A stretch of 64,000 bases of DNA from an uncultured Muribaculaceae bacterium (GCA_964600615.1 CAZRJK010000003.1:11142-75141); one strand, 5' to 3'; shown: positions 9,712 through 19,666, counted from the stretch's first letter. The notes: generated by a model not told the origin, from the letters alone. Translations and numbers: made by a program.

Positions 9712-10706
9712 TACTCTACTACCTCCAAACTAATAGCATGTGCTATTGCGGGTATTGCTTCTTTTTGAAAGTACATTGTTTGTGAAAATATTGCTCCCGT
9801 TGGAACTATTAATACTTTTTTTAGTTCTTTTTTTAACATTTTTTTATAAATATAACTAAATAGTGTTAAAGCACTACATGCTGGTCCTGATCCTCCTGCT
9901 AAAACTGGTTGCTTTTCTATATCATAAATAATGGTCCCACAATCGTTATAATTTTTGGATATATCTATGTTATTTACTTTTTTTAAATAATTAACTAATA
10001 TTTCTTTGCCATATTTCCCTAAATCTCCTGTTACTATTAGGTCATAATATTCTGATTTTCTTTTTAAATCTTGTAAATGTCTATAGATTGTGTCCGCAGC
10101 TGCTGGGGCCATTATTGCTCCCATGTTATTTACATCTTTTATTCCTTTATCAATTATTTTACCTATTGTTGATGAGGTTATTTTTATCTTTGTTTTTTTA
10201 TTTGTAAGTAATGCTACTGCTCCTCCTGTTACTGTGAATGTTGCTGTATCTTTTTTTGGTGCTCCATATTCTGTGGGATTTCTAAACTGCTTTTCAGCAC
10301 TCATATTATGACTTACTGTTGAACATAAACAATTATTGATTGTTTTATTTTCTATATAATTAGCTCCTATTATAATTGCTTCTGCGATTGTAGCACAAGC
10401 ATTAAATACTCCTAAGAATGGTATTTTTGTTTCTCTTATGGCATAATTGGATGCTGATATTTGATTCTGTAAATCTCCTGATATAATTAAATCAATATTA
10501 TTTTCGTTTATATTTTCTTTTTTTAATAATAAATTTATTGTGTCTTTTAGTACTTTTGCTTCTGCTTTTTCCCAACTATTTGTTTCAAAATATAAATCTT
10601 TAATATAACTTTGATCAAAATATTCTTTTAAAGGTCCATTAGCTTCATATGGTCCTACTATGGTGGCTGTATTTTTTAAATATACATTTTTATATTTTAT
10701 TGTCAT
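9711..10706 (-). CDS. spoVAD: Stage V sporulation protein AD
   Basis: About 330-aa thiolase/ketoacyl-synthase-like protein, typical of SpoVAD, flanked by spoVAC and spoVAE. Confidence 0.88.
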   Translation of the reverse strand: MTIKYKNVYLKNTATIVGPYEANGPLKEYFDQSYIKDLYFETNSWEKAEAKVLKDTINLLLKKENINENNIDLIISGDLQNQISASNYAIRETKIPFLGVFNACATIAEAIIIGANYIENKTINNCLCSTVSHNMSAEKQFRNPTEYGAPKKDTATFTVTGGAVALLTNKKTKIKITSSTIGKIIDKGIKDVNNMGAIMAPAAADTIYRHLQDLKRKSEYYDLIVTGDLGKYGKEILVNYLKKVNNIDISKNYNDCGTIIYDIEKQPVLAGGSGPACSALTLFSYIYKKMLKKELKKVLIVPTGAIFSQTMYFQKEAIPAIAHAISLEVVE

Positions 10707-10707
10707 T

Positions 10708-11145
10708 TTATCCTCCTAATAGTAGTCTTATTAAACCAAATATGTATACTGCTACTGTTCCATATAATATTACTGAACCTGCTAATTTGAAGATATTTGA
10801 TCCTATTCCTAATATTAAACCTTCTTGTTTATACTCCAAGGCTGCACTTGTTATAGCATGGGAAAATCCTGTTATAGGAATTAGTAAAGCACTTTTTAAT
10901 TTTGTTACTAACACATCAAATATTCCTATACCTGTTAGGAATGAAGCTATTACTATTAAAGTTATTATTACTAGTACTCCTGATTCTTTTCTTGGAAGAT
11001 TAAATATTATTTGGTACCATTCTAATAATAATTCCCCTATTAAACCCATTAGTCCTCCCCCGATAAATGCTACTATACTATTTGTTGCTATTTGTGGTTT
11101 GGGAAGATATTCTTTTATAAATTCTTGATATTCTGTATTATTCAT
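10708..11145 (-). CDS. spoVAC: Stage V sporulation protein AC
   Basis: 145-aa four-TM protein at the head of the spoVAC-AD-AE triplet. Confidence 0.85.
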   Translation of the reverse strand: MNNTEYQEFIKEYLPKPQIATNSIVAFIGGGLMGLIGELLLEWYQIIFNLPRKESGVLVIITLIVIASFLTGIGIFDVLVTKLKSALLIPITGFSHAITSAALEYKQEGLILGIGSNIFKLAGSVILYGTVAVYIFGLIRLLLGG

Positions 11146-11207
11146 ATTATCACCATTTATATTATTGATAGTAATTTAAAATATATACAAAAAAAGATGA
11201 ATTTTAT

Positions 11208-11477
11208 TCATCTTTCTTTATCTTTTAAATTTATACTATCTATTCCTATAAATAAATCTGCCATTTTTACGTTTAACGCTTTTGCTATTTGTACTAATGT
11301 ATAAATTGAGAAATACTTTTTTACATTTGGTGCTTCAATCCTTCTTATGAATTCATGAGAGTATTCTGTTATATCTGCAAGTTCTGCTTGTGTCAAGTTT
11401 GCTTTTTTTCTTGCTCGTTTTATATTAGCTGCTATAATATCATATATATCGGTGCTTTTTCTTTTGGCATTTCTCAT
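11208..11477 (-). CDS. XRE-family helix-turn-helix transcriptional regulator
   Basis: IKRARKKANLTQAELADITEYSHEFIRRIE is a classic Cro/C1-type HTH. Confidence 0.8.
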   Translation of the reverse strand: MRNAKRKSTDIYDIIAANIKRARKKANLTQAELADITEYSHEFIRRIEAPNVKKYFSIYTLVQIAKALNVKMADLFIGIDSINLKDKER

Positions 11478-11567
11478 TTATATCACCGAATTGATTGTCT
11501 CATAATTTTTTGTTTTTTTATGTAACCGTTTCGGTTACATTTTTATCAAGCCTATTATTATAAGGTG

Positions 11568-12230
11568 TTAACAAAGCTTATTTTTTAATTTTTTTAATAT
11601 TTTTGACTCATTTCTAGATATTTGAACCTGGTTTGTATTAAGATATTTTGCTGTTTCTTGTTGCGTTAATTCATTAAAATATCTTAGTTTTATTAATTCT
11701 AGTTCTCTGTTATTTAATTCTTTTAATCCTTCTTTTAATGTTATGTTTTCAATATTAATATTGTTTTCTCCTATAATATTATCTATTTTTTTAATCGAAT
11801 TATCATCTTCGTTTACTGTGCTATCAAGACTTTGAATTGTTTCTTTGAATCTCAGGACATCGTTTATAATTGTTTCATCTATTTCTAGGAATAATGATAA
11901 TTCGTAATTAGTAGGTTCTTTCATGAGTCGTTGAGTTAAGATATTTTTAGCTTCTAATATTTTTTTATATAATGAATTATATTTTCTTGACGTTTTTATT
12001 AATTTGGAATTATTTACATAGTTTAATACTTCACTTAAGATCCATTTATAGGCATAAGTGCTAAATTTTGTATTACAATCTTTATTATAATTCTTTTTAG
12101 CTTTTATTATTCCTATAACGCTTACCTGATACAAGTCATCAAATTCATAATATTTAGTATATCTGCTTATTATTTTACATATCAATCCTTTATTTTCTTC
12201 AATTAATTGTTTTAGTGTTGTATCATTCAT
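11568..12230 (-). CDS. sigF: Sporulation sigma factor, SigF-like (group 3 sigma-70)
   Basis: Region 2 reads DLYQVSVIGIIKAKKNY...FSTYAYKWILSEV. Region 4 HTH reads TQQETAKYLNTNQVQISRNESKILKKL. The gene lies between a STAS gene and the spoVA genes, as in the Bacillus spoIIA-spoVA neighbourhood. Confidence 0.7.
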   Translation of the reverse strand: MNDTTLKQLIEENKGLICKIISRYTKYYEFDDLYQVSVIGIIKAKKNYNKDCNTKFSTYAYKWILSEVLNYVNNSKLIKTSRKYNSLYKKILEAKNILTQRLMKEPTNYELSLFLEIDETIINDVLRFKETIQSLDSTVNEDDNSIKKIDNIIGENNINIENITLKEGLKELNNRELELIKLRYFNELTQQETAKYLNTNQVQISRNESKILKKLKNKLC

Positions 12231-12243
12231 ATTATCCTTTCTT

Positions 12244-12555
12244 TTATATTAAAGAAAAGGCCTCTATCTCACAATTTATATTAGGTATGTTGTTAAATAA
12301 TTTTTCTCTATTTGTATTATTATCGCATATTAATAATTTCTTCCTTTCCTTTAATATTTTTTTGTTATAATTTACTATATTTTTTATACTTTTTACGTCA
12401 AAATATTTGATACTACCTATATTTAATACTACATATTTAATGCCTATTTCTTCTATTAGATTATTTAGTTCTTCTAGATATTTTTCGCTATCTATAATTC
12501 CATTTAATCTAATAAATAATACTCCTTTTCGAAATTCGATATTAGTTTTTAACAT
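12244..12555 (-). CDS. STAS-domain anti-sigma-factor antagonist (SpoIIAA-like, atypical)
   Basis: 103 aa. By eye it aligns with SpoIIAA (VVLNIGSIKYFDVKSIKNIV against IVLNLEDLSFMDSSGLGVIL). The phosphorylatable Ser position is Val. Confidence 0.65.
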   Translation of the reverse strand: MLKTNIEFRKGVLFIRLNGIIDSEKYLEELNNLIEEIGIKYVVLNIGSIKYFDVKSIKNIVNYNKKILKERKKLLICDNNTNREKLFNNIPNINCEIEAFSLI

Positions 12556-12691
12556 ATTATCACCCTTTGCGAATTTATTGTAACATCTTTATTTTTCTTT
12601 TAGTACTGTTTCGACAAAACTAGATATATTATTTAATCGACATATATTACCCTCTAATTATATTATTCTACTTTTTTTTATTTTTCCCTTC

Positions 12692-12725
12692 AAAAAAATA
12701 AAGAATTAGTTTTTTCTAATTCTTT
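12692..12725 (-). terminator. Intrinsic terminator after the DUF3592-like gene
   Basis: 10-bp stem AAAGAATTAG/CTAATTCTTT followed by a U-run on the minus strand. Confidence 0.65.
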
Positions 12726-13182
12726 ACTTAATAGCCATATCTATATAATTTGATGCTCCTTTATATATTCTTATCATTGAGCGAATACATATAATTGAAA
12801 TAATAAGAGCTATTAGTCCTATTATGATGTTTGAATTTGAATCACTTTGTCCACCAATATCAAATTGTTGGGGATTTTTAGGATTATAAGCTATTTCTTC
12901 GGTAGTTCCAATTATATGTTCATCCTTACTACTTGCGGGAAATCCTTCTCCTTGTATTGTTCCATTGTCGGTATCAAATTCATATATATGTATATAATTT
13001 CCATCTACATATTTTACATCTACGATTTTCGCATATGTATAAATATAATTTTTGTTTTGGATATGATATTCTGATATTCCTACTACTAATAGTATAAATA
13101 AGCTAATTATTAGTAGAATTGTGCTTAGTATAAATTTAGGAATTAAACCTAAAACGATTGTTCCTTTTAATATATGTCTCAT
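12724..13182 (-). CDS. Membrane protein, DUF3592-like (TM, beta-rich core, TM)
   Basis: Two TM helices flank a small beta-rich domain. The assignment rests on topology only. Confidence 0.35.
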   Translation of the reverse strand: MRHILKGTIVLGLIPKFILSTILLIISLFILLVVGISEYHIQNKNYIYTYAKIVDVKYVDGNYIHIYEFDTDNGTIQGEGFPASSKDEHIIGTTEEIAYNPKNPQQFDIGGQSDSNSNIIIGLIALIISIICIRSMIRIYKGASNYIDMAIK

Positions 13183-13218
13183 CTATTTATCACCTATTTT
13201 ATTATATCATATTTTATT

Positions 13219-13248
13219 TTAAAAAAAAAATCCTTGTTTCCAAGGATT
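13219..13248 (-). terminator. Intrinsic terminator after tRNA-Ser
   Basis: AATCCTTG-GAAA-CAAGGATT hairpin followed by about 10 U on the minus strand. Confidence 0.75.
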
Positions 13249-13258
13249 AATTTTTTTA

Positions 13259-13349
13259 TGGCGGAGACAGAGAGATTTGAACTCTCGCACCAGTTTCCCA
13301 GTCTACACCCTTAGCAGGGGCGCCTCTTCAGCCTCTTGAGTATGTCTCC
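13259..13349 (-). tRNA. tRNA-Ser (anticodon GCU), CCA encoded
   Basis: Minus strand reads GGAGACA...TGTCTCC-G-CCA for the acceptor stem. The anticodon loop is CTGCTAA. There is a long variable arm (ACTGG-GAAA-CTGGT) and a T-arm GAGAG-TTCAAAT-CTCTC. Confidence 0.95.
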
Positions 13350-13369
13350 ATAAAAAGCTTACATGTACA

Positions 13370-13398
13370 ATTTTACTATGAATATGCTTCTTTGTCAA
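13370..13398 (-). promoter_or_regulatory. Sigma-A-type promoter for tRNA-Ser
   Basis: Minus strand reads TTGACA, a 17-nt spacer, then TAAAAT. The -10 element ends about 20 nt upstream of the tRNA 5' end. Confidence 0.65.
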
Positions 13399-13434
13399 TA
13401 TTTTACTGGTATTAAAAATAATGAATAATCTAAA

Positions 13435-14130
13435 TTATTCATTATTACATGTATTTATATCTAATTTTTCTTGAGGTTTTCTTTCTAATATTTTTTTGTT
13501 TCCACCATATAATTCTACTTCTATTTTTCCTGATAGCCTTTTGTTTAATAGATCTATTTGTGATTCGTTATTTTTACAATCTAGGATATTTTCTTCTTGA
13601 CATGAATCTGACATCCACATATAGAATTCAAATTTATCATATAAAGTTTTATCTTCATTATATGGTATTAAATCTTGTTGAATGTTAGTTAATACTAGTC
13701 TTTTGTCTACAATTGTATCAAATTTATAATCTAAACTTCCTTGTGATATTTCTATTCCATTTTTATATAATTTCCATTTTAAATATGGGCTTAACAAATT
13801 ACAATCTATATTTAAGTCTACTAACGCTATATCATAAATTATTTCTTTGGTATTGTTTTCTTCTGATCCACCTACATTAAAGGGTATGTACATAACATTA
13901 GCTGATTCTTTAGTTACATTTTTATCTAGAATTGGTTTAAGGTTTAAATTTTCACTGTTGAACTCTGTTTCTCCATAAACTTCTTCATCTAATTTTATTA
14001 TGCTTGCTTTTAGTTCTTTTGTGTTAGGTGTTTCTCTTAGTGAATACGTAATATAAACTATTGATAAAACTAATAATGCAACTAGTGCCACTGTTAATAA
14101 TAATTTTTGGGTAGTTCTTTCTTCTTCCAT
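13435..14130 (-). CDS. Exported hypothetical protein with SipW-type signal motif
   Basis: N-terminal TM helix followed by ITYSLRET. This is nearly the same motif as KTYSLFET in the 56394..57047 protein. The rest is beta-rich with no recognised domain. Confidence 0.5.
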   Translation of the reverse strand: MEEERTTQKLLLTVALVALLVLSIVYITYSLRETPNTKELKASIIKLDEEVYGETEFNSENLNLKPILDKNVTKESANVMYIPFNVGGSEENNTKEIIYDIALVDLNIDCNLLSPYLKWKLYKNGIEISQGSLDYKFDTIVDKRLVLTNIQQDLIPYNEDKTLYDKFEFYMWMSDSCQEENILDCKNNESQIDLLNKRLSGKIEVELYGGNKKILERKPQEKLDINTCNNE

Positions 14131-14164
14131 TTTTGCCTCCTACTATTTATCTTTATTATACTAG

Positions 14165-14201
14165 AAAAAATATAAAAAAACAAGATTTTTTAATCTTGTT
14201 T
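14165..14201 (-). terminator. Intrinsic terminator after the KH-domain gene
   Basis: 10-bp stem AAACAAGATT/AATCTTGTTT followed by a U-rich tract on the minus strand. Confidence 0.65.
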
Positions 14202-14448
14202 AGTATGAGTCAACATTAATTCTTACTTTTTTATTGTTGTTTAAACTTGCTGATGCTTGAACTATTGTTCTTATGGAATTTATTGTTCTACCATTTTTTC
14301 CAATTACTTTACCTAAATCATCTTCAGATACTACTACTTCTATTTGAATTGTATCATCTTCTTCAGATTCAAATTCTTTTACAGATACTGATTCACTTTC
14401 TTTTACAATTTTTTTTATAATTGTTTCGGTTAATGCTATTAAATCCAT
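14200..14448 (-). CDS. KH-domain RNA-binding protein (YlqC family)
   Basis: 82 aa with the VIGKNGRTINSIRTIV KH motif. It lies immediately downstream of rpsP, as is conserved in Firmicutes. Confidence 0.88.
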   Translation of the reverse strand: MDLIALTETIIKKIVKESESVSVKEFESEEDDTIQIEVVVSEDDLGKVIGKNGRTINSIRTIVQASASLNNNKKVRINVDSY

Positions 14449-14450
14449 AA

Positions 14451-14720
14451 TTATTTTCTGTGACTATTATGAAATTTTTCCATGATGCCAGCTTTACTTA
14501 ATATATTTTTCACAGTATCGGTAGGTAGTGCTCCTTTTGATAACCAGTTTAAAGTTTCTTCTTCCTTGATATTAACTGTAGCTGGATTTGTTAAAGGATT
14601 ATAAGTTCCTAATGCTTCAATAAATCTTCCGTCTCTTGGACTTCTTGAATCTGCTACAATAATTCTATAGTATGGTTTTTTCTTTGCTCCCATTCTTTTT
14701 AATCTAATTTTTACTGCCAT
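14451..14720 (-). CDS. rpsP: 30S ribosomal protein S16
   Basis: [35 protein letters not shown]. The start at 14720 is preceded by GGAGGAGATAAA. The longer ORF to 14756 is unlikely to be real. Confidence 0.95.
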   Translation of the reverse strand: MAVKIRLKRMGAKKKPYYRIIVADSRSPRDGRFIEALGTYNPLTNPATVNIKEEETLNWLSKGALPTDTVKNILSKAGIMEKFHNSHRK

Positions 14721-14790
14721 TTTATCTCCTCCTTTTTCTTGATGTAATGATATCATGTTTTTATTATGCTGTCAACCTTTTTTTGTTACA

Positions 14791-15729
14791 TTATTCTATT
14801 ATTGCTGTTCCAGACTTACCGTTTATAGCTGCTGATGCTTTTTCAAGGGATCCAATTATTGCTTTTTTTCCTTGATTATCTTTAACAAATTCTATGCAAG
14901 CTTCTATTTTTGGGAGCATACTTCCTTTGGCGAATTGTTCTTCTTGCATATATTTTTCTGCTTCTTTTATTGTTAAACTATCTAATTCTTGTTGATTTGG
15001 TTTGTTATAATTTATGCATACTTTGTCTACAGCAGTTAGAATTAGTAATGTATCTGCATCAATTAATTTTGCTAATAATGCTGCGCTTCTATCTTTGTCT
15101 ATTACTGCTTCTACTCCTTCTAATAATTCTATTTTATCGGTTTTTATTACTGGTATACCTCCGCCGCCTACTGCTATAACTATATTATCATTTTCTACTA
15201 GTTGTTTAATTATTCTTTTTTCTATAATATCGATTGGCTTGGGAGATGGTACTACTCTTCTATATCCTCTTCCTGAATCTTCAACAAATTGATAATTTTT
15301 TTCTTTTATTATTTTATCTGCTTCTTCTTTGGTATAGAATCTGCCAATTGGTTTTGTTGGATTGTTAAAGGCATTATCTTTTGGATCTACAAGTACTTGT
15401 GTAATAAGAGTTGCGCAATCTTTTTTGATATGCTGTCTTTCTAATTCATCTTGAATACATTGTTGCAATTGATAACCAATATATCCTTGACTCATGCTTC
15501 CACATTCAGGAAATGGCATTGTTGGTGTTTTTGCTTCTCCGTTTGACGAATAATCCATTGCTAAAAATATTTGTCCTACTTGTGGCCCATTACCATGCGT
15601 TAATACTATCTGGTTTCCAGTTTTAACTAGATCTACAATTATTTTGGCAACGCTATCTAATAATTTTATTTGCTCCTCTGGACTATTTCCAAGAGCGTTT
15701 CCTCCTAGAGCTATTACTATTTTGCTCAT
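14791..15729 (-). CDS. arcC: Carbamate kinase
   Basis: MSKIVIALGGNALG...THGNGPQVG...GGGGIPV are carbamate kinase signatures. It is the last gene of the arc cluster. Confidence 0.92.
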   Translation of the reverse strand: MSKIVIALGGNALGNSPEEQIKLLDSVAKIIVDLVKTGNQIVLTHGNGPQVGQIFLAMDYSSNGEAKTPTMPFPECGSMSQGYIGYQLQQCIQDELERQHIKKDCATLITQVLVDPKDNAFNNPTKPIGRFYTKEEADKIIKEKNYQFVEDSGRGYRRVVPSPKPIDIIEKRIIKQLVENDNIVIAVGGGGIPVIKTDKIELLEGVEAVIDKDRSAALLAKLIDADTLLILTAVDKVCINYNKPNQQELDSLTIKEAEKYMQEEQFAKGSMLPKIEACIEFVKDNQGKKAIIGSLEKASAAINGKSGTAIIE

Positions 15730-15812
15730 AAATTCACCTTACCTTCTATTATTATTTTATCATTTATATCTTTTTATTACAATGATTTGACGTTTTATTT
15801 ACATGAATAAAT

Positions 15813-15840
15813 AAAAAGCACTAGGTAACTAGTGCTTTTT
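15813..15840 (-). terminator. Intrinsic terminator after arcD
   Basis: AGCACTAG-GTAA-CTAGTGCT hairpin with flanking A and T runs. Confidence 0.6.
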
Positions 15841-15843
15841 ATT

Positions 15844-17295
15844 TTATAGTATAACCATAGCAATGGTTAATATAACAATGTTTACTATAGCAATTGTTAT
15901 GACTACTTTGCCTACCCATTTTAACCATGTTGTATAGTTAACTTTTGCTAGGGCAAGACCTCCCATTATGGCACCACAAGTTGGTGTGAAAAGATTTACT
16001 AGTCCGTTTGCTGCTACCATTTCCATAATTGTTGCTTCTACGCTTAATCCTACTTTTTGAGCAAGTGGTCCCATTATTGGTGTAGATAATGTTGCTAATC
16101 CTGAAGATGATGGTACTAATACAGATAATCCAACATGTAATAGATAGTTCATTGGTGCAAATATATATGCTGGTACGTTTTGTAACATTTTAGCGGCATT
16201 TATTATTATATAATTATCTAAGTATGTTACTTTCATTAAAATACTAGTTCCTCTGGCAATAGCTATTATTAATATAACTCCTACCATGTCATCTGCACCA
16301 TCAATAAATATATCTACAAATTCATGTTCTTTTAATCCATTCATTGCTCCAATAATGATTGTCATTATTAAGAACCATAATGTTGCTTCATTAAAATACC
16401 ATAATCCTAGTGGTGAACCTGTTAACCATCCTGTTGTTTTACTAAAGAAATCTATTCCAAAATCTTCCCATGGAATAAATCCTATTATCATTACTACAAA
16501 TGTTAATGCAAATAGCCATAAAGTAATTTTTTGTTTTCCAGATAATGTCGCTTCGATTTTTTTGGTTGATTTTGTTCCATAAGTTTCTTCCATATCTTTT
16601 TGTTCTTGCAATGATAGGAAGGTTGATCCTTTTTTAGCTATTACTTTCTTTGCATAATTTGTAACAAATAATATAGAAATTAGTAATGTCGTTAGCCATA
16701 GTACTACTCCTAAACCAATTATTATTCCTTGGTTTACTGGTGTCCCATCAGGTAGAGCACTTATTGCTACACCTACGGCGAATGGATTTATTGTTGAACC
16801 TAAAACTCCACTTCCTGCTCCTAATAATACGATTGCTGATGATACTATGGTATCCATACCACTTGCTACCATTACAGCTGCAAGTAATGCATAGAATCCT
16901 ACTGTTTCTTCTAACATTCCATATGTTGTTCCGCCTATTGAAAATAATAGCATTAATATTGGAATTAACACTAATTCTCGTCCGTGTAATTTTTTTATTA
17001 ATACTTGAATTCCGGTTTCTATTGCTTGAGTATGGTTGATTATTTTTAGGAATCCTCCTAGTACTAATATAAATAGTCCAATATCTATGGCATCTGCAAA
17101 GCCTAAGATAGGGGCTAATAGGGTTTGTGATAGTGTTGCTCCAATTACTCCACTACCATTTACTATGATGTTTCCTTCAAATGCTGCTTTTGGTAAAACG
17201 TGTGATATTAGTGCAAGTATAAATGTTAAAATTAAAATTATTGTAAATGCTGTTAAAGTTGTTGGTCTTTTCTTTCCTCTTTTTGAATTTCCCAT
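15844..17295 (-). CDS. arcD: YfcC/DcuC-family permease, probable arginine:ornithine antiporter
   Basis: About 12-TM protein between arcB and arcC. The family call is by overall resemblance and operon position. Confidence 0.7.
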   Translation of the reverse strand: MGNSKRGKKRPTTLTAFTIILILTFILALISHVLPKAAFEGNIIVNGSGVIGATLSQTLLAPILGFADAIDIGLFILVLGGFLKIINHTQAIETGIQVLIKKLHGRELVLIPILMLLFSIGGTTYGMLEETVGFYALLAAVMVASGMDTIVSSAIVLLGAGSGVLGSTINPFAVGVAISALPDGTPVNQGIIIGLGVVLWLTTLLISILFVTNYAKKVIAKKGSTFLSLQEQKDMEETYGTKSTKKIEATLSGKQKITLWLFALTFVVMIIGFIPWEDFGIDFFSKTTGWLTGSPLGLWYFNEATLWFLIMTIIIGAMNGLKEHEFVDIFIDGADDMVGVILIIAIARGTSILMKVTYLDNYIIINAAKMLQNVPAYIFAPMNYLLHVGLSVLVPSSSGLATLSTPIMGPLAQKVGLSVEATIMEMVAANGLVNLFTPTCGAIMGGLALAKVNYTTWLKWVGKVVITIAIVNIVILTIAMVIL

Positions 17296-17318
17296 TTTTT
17301 CACTCCTTTATTCTATTT

Positions 17319-18311
17319 TTATTTTTTTAATGTTTCTAACATTACAGCCTTAATTGTATGAAGTCTATTTTCTGCTTCTTCAAATACTCTTGATTGGCTT
17401 GATTCAAAGACTTCGTCAGTTACTTCCATTTCTTTTATACCAAATTTTTCATATATTTCGCGTCCTATTTTGGTATCAATGTTATGAAACGAAGGTAAGC
17501 AGTGCAAGAATATAGCATGAGGATTGGCATTTTCCATTACTTTTTTATTAACTTGATATTTTGATAGTAATTTTATTCTGCCTTCCCATTTTTCCATTGG
17601 TTCCCCCATTGAAACCCAAACATCGGTATAAATAGCATCAGCATCCTTAGTTCCTTCTTTAACGTTTTCTGTTAGGGTTATTGAAGCTCCGGTTTTTTCA
17701 GCTATTTTCATACATTCTTTTACTAATTTATCTTCAGGAAATAATTCTTTTGGTGCACAACAAGTAAAATTAATTCCTAATTTTGCACTTACTACCATTA
17801 AGGAATTGCCTACATTATTTCTAGCATCTCCCATAAAAACTAACTTTATTCCTTCTAATTTTCCAAATTCTTCTTTGATTGTCATGACATCAGCTAACAT
17901 TTGGGTTGGATGAAATTCATCGGTTAATCCGTTCCATACTGGTACGTCAGAATATTTAGCTAGGTTTTCAACGATGTCTTGTCCAAATCCTCTATATTCT
18001 ATTCCATCATACATTCTTGCTAATACTCTTGCTGTATCAGCTATTGTTTCCTTTTTTCCTAATTGGGAGCCTGTCGGTCCAATATATGTTGCTTGCATTC
18101 CTAAATCTACAGCACCTGATTCAAAGGCACATCTTGTTCTTGTTGAATCTTTTTCAAATAGTAGTGCTACTTGTTTTCCTTTTAAATATTTATGTGATAT
18201 ATGATTATGTTTTTGTTTTTTTAAGGTTGCAGCAACTTTTAGAAGATGTTTTATTTCTTTAGGACTATAATCTAATAATTTTAGAAAGTCTCGCCCTCTT
18301 AAATCTACCAT
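17319..18311 (-). CDS. arcB: Ornithine carbamoyltransferase (catabolic)
   Basis: [17 protein letters not shown] and HCLPSFH motifs. The probable start MVDLRGRDF at 18311 overlaps the arcA stop (ATGGTAG). Confidence 0.92.
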   Translation of the reverse strand: MVDLRGRDFLKLLDYSPKEIKHLLKVAATLKKQKHNHISHKYLKGKQVALLFEKDSTRTRCAFESGAVDLGMQATYIGPTGSQLGKKETIADTARVLARMYDGIEYRGFGQDIVENLAKYSDVPVWNGLTDEFHPTQMLADVMTIKEEFGKLEGIKLVFMGDARNNVGNSLMVVSAKLGINFTCCAPKELFPEDKLVKECMKIAEKTGASITLTENVKEGTKDADAIYTDVWVSMGEPMEKWEGRIKLLSKYQVNKKVMENANPHAIFLHCLPSFHNIDTKIGREIYEKFGIKEMEVTDEVFESSQSRVFEEAENRLHTIKAVMLETLKK

Positions 18312-19552
18312 TTTACATCTTCTCTTTCTAGTGGCATACTCATACACCTTGGTCCACCACGACCTCTTGATAATTCAGCACCATGAATTTTTATTACTTT
18401 TATACCGTTTTGCTTTAATACTTTGTTTGTTTCTTCATTTCGGTCATATACTATTACTACTCCTGGAGCAATACATAATGTATTTGATCCGTCATTCCAT
18501 TGTTCTCTTTCAGCTGCTACTTTGTCCCCTCCTGCGCATGGAATTAATTTTACTTTGTGACCTAAATATTTTTCTAGTATTTTATCTAGTGGTGCATTTA
18601 TTTCAACTACATTTAAATCTTCAAATGTTGTAGGGTCAAATCCTTCAGTAATTTCGAATACTTGTAATGTATCCATTATTCCTGGGTGGTAAGTAAAAGT
18701 ATATTTATCTATTTGTGTGAATACTGTATCTAAGTGCATAAAGGCACGACTTGATGGGATATTAAAGGCTAAAATTGTTTCAATTTTACAAGATTTTTCT
18801 TTAAAGAAATTTTTAGCTAATTGATCTATTGCTTCTGGTTGAGTTCTTTGTGATATTCCTATAGCAATTATTTTGTCATTGATATTTAACAAATCTCCAC
18901 CTTCTGTATGATATTCATAGCTTCTATTATATAATTTTGGCGTTTTCTTATAGTCTTTATGGTAATTAAAAATATATTCACCATAAATGCATTCTCTATT
19001 TCTGGTGACAGAATACATTCTATTTATATCTACTCCATCTCCTACTGTTGCAAAATTGTCCCTAGTAAAGTATAAGTTAGGCATAGGGTCTGCTATAAAT
19101 TTATCTGGTGTATTTATTAAATCTACGAGAGTTTTTTCAATATCTCTTTGTTGTTTTGGAATGTCGCCAACTTGAATTCCTTCCATTGTTTTTAATACTA
19201 GTTTTTTAGGATCTTTTATTTTGTTTAAATAATTATATACTAGTCTTTCATATTTTATGGTGTTTATCCCAGCTTCTTTAATAAATTGTCTAATAAATTT
19301 TTCTCTTACTTCAGAGTTTTCAGCAATTACTTCAGTCATTAAATCTTCTAGATATACTACTTTTACACCATTATCTCTTAATGTCTTGGCAAAGGCGTCG
19401 TGTTCTTTTTGAGCATCTGGTAGGAATGGTATATCATCAAATAATAATCTTCCTAGAGTATCTGGCGTTAAATTTAATAATTCTTTTCCTGGTCTATGTA
19501 GTAATACTTTTTTTAGTTTCCCGATTTCACTTGTTACATGAATATTCCCCAT
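18305..19552 (-). CDS. arcA: Arginine deiminase
   Basis: [22 protein letters not shown]...FTRD...[12 protein letters not shown], with the C-terminal catalytic Cys motif. Confidence 0.93.
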   Translation of the reverse strand: MGNIHVTSEIGKLKKVLLHRPGKELLNLTPDTLGRLLFDDIPFLPDAQKEHDAFAKTLRDNGVKVVYLEDLMTEVIAENSEVREKFIRQFIKEAGINTIKYERLVYNYLNKIKDPKKLVLKTMEGIQVGDIPKQQRDIEKTLVDLINTPDKFIADPMPNLYFTRDNFATVGDGVDINRMYSVTRNRECIYGEYIFNYHKDYKKTPKLYNRSYEYHTEGGDLLNINDKIIAIGISQRTQPEAIDQLAKNFFKEKSCKIETILAFNIPSSRAFMHLDTVFTQIDKYTFTYHPGIMDTLQVFEITEGFDPTTFEDLNVVEINAPLDKILEKYLGHKVKLIPCAGGDKVAAEREQWNDGSNTLCIAPGVVIVYDRNEETNKVLKQNGIKVIKIHGAELSRGRGGPRCMSMPLEREDVKW

Positions 19553-19640
19553 TTCATCCTCCTTCTATTGTATTGATAATATGTTCTTATTATCTTATTT
19601 TAGTATAACAATTTTTTTATAAAAAGTAAAGGATTTATAA

Positions 19641-19666
19641 AAAATAAAAAGCACTTTTAAGTGCTT
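19641..19666 (-). terminator. Intrinsic terminator after the downstream aguA copy
   Basis: AAGCACT-TTTA-AGTGCTT hairpin overlapping the stop codon, followed by a U-rich tract on the minus strand. Confidence 0.55.

Noticed and set aside
11507-11545. Perfect 9-bp hairpin ATGTAACCG-TTT-CGGTTACAT between sigF and the XRE gene
   Set aside because: On the minus (coding) strand it is flanked by A-runs, not U-runs, so it is not a canonical terminator for sigF. It would terminate only plus-strand transcripts, and no plus-strand gene is nearby. It may be a stabilising or processing stem, but the evidence is too thin for a functional call.
14910-15292. Leu-rich plus-strand ORFs inside arcC; similar ones occur in arcD, arcB and arcA (16686..17039, 18017..18262, 18331..18633)
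   Set aside because: They are antisense to well-supported conserved enzymes. Poly-Leu translations are a typical artefact of AT-rich antisense frames.
18312-18347. N-terminal extension [12 protein letters not shown] on the ornithine carbamoyltransferase ORF
   Set aside because: Homology begins at MVDLRGRDF. The extension lies wholly inside the arcA coding region, and the ATGGTAG start/stop overlap is a standard coupling arrangement.
19553-19664. Looked for ARG-box or Crp/Fnr-type (ArcR) palindromes upstream of arcA
   Set aside because: I found only weak AT-rich half-sites (for example TTGATAATATGTTC), which cannot be distinguished from background in this composition.
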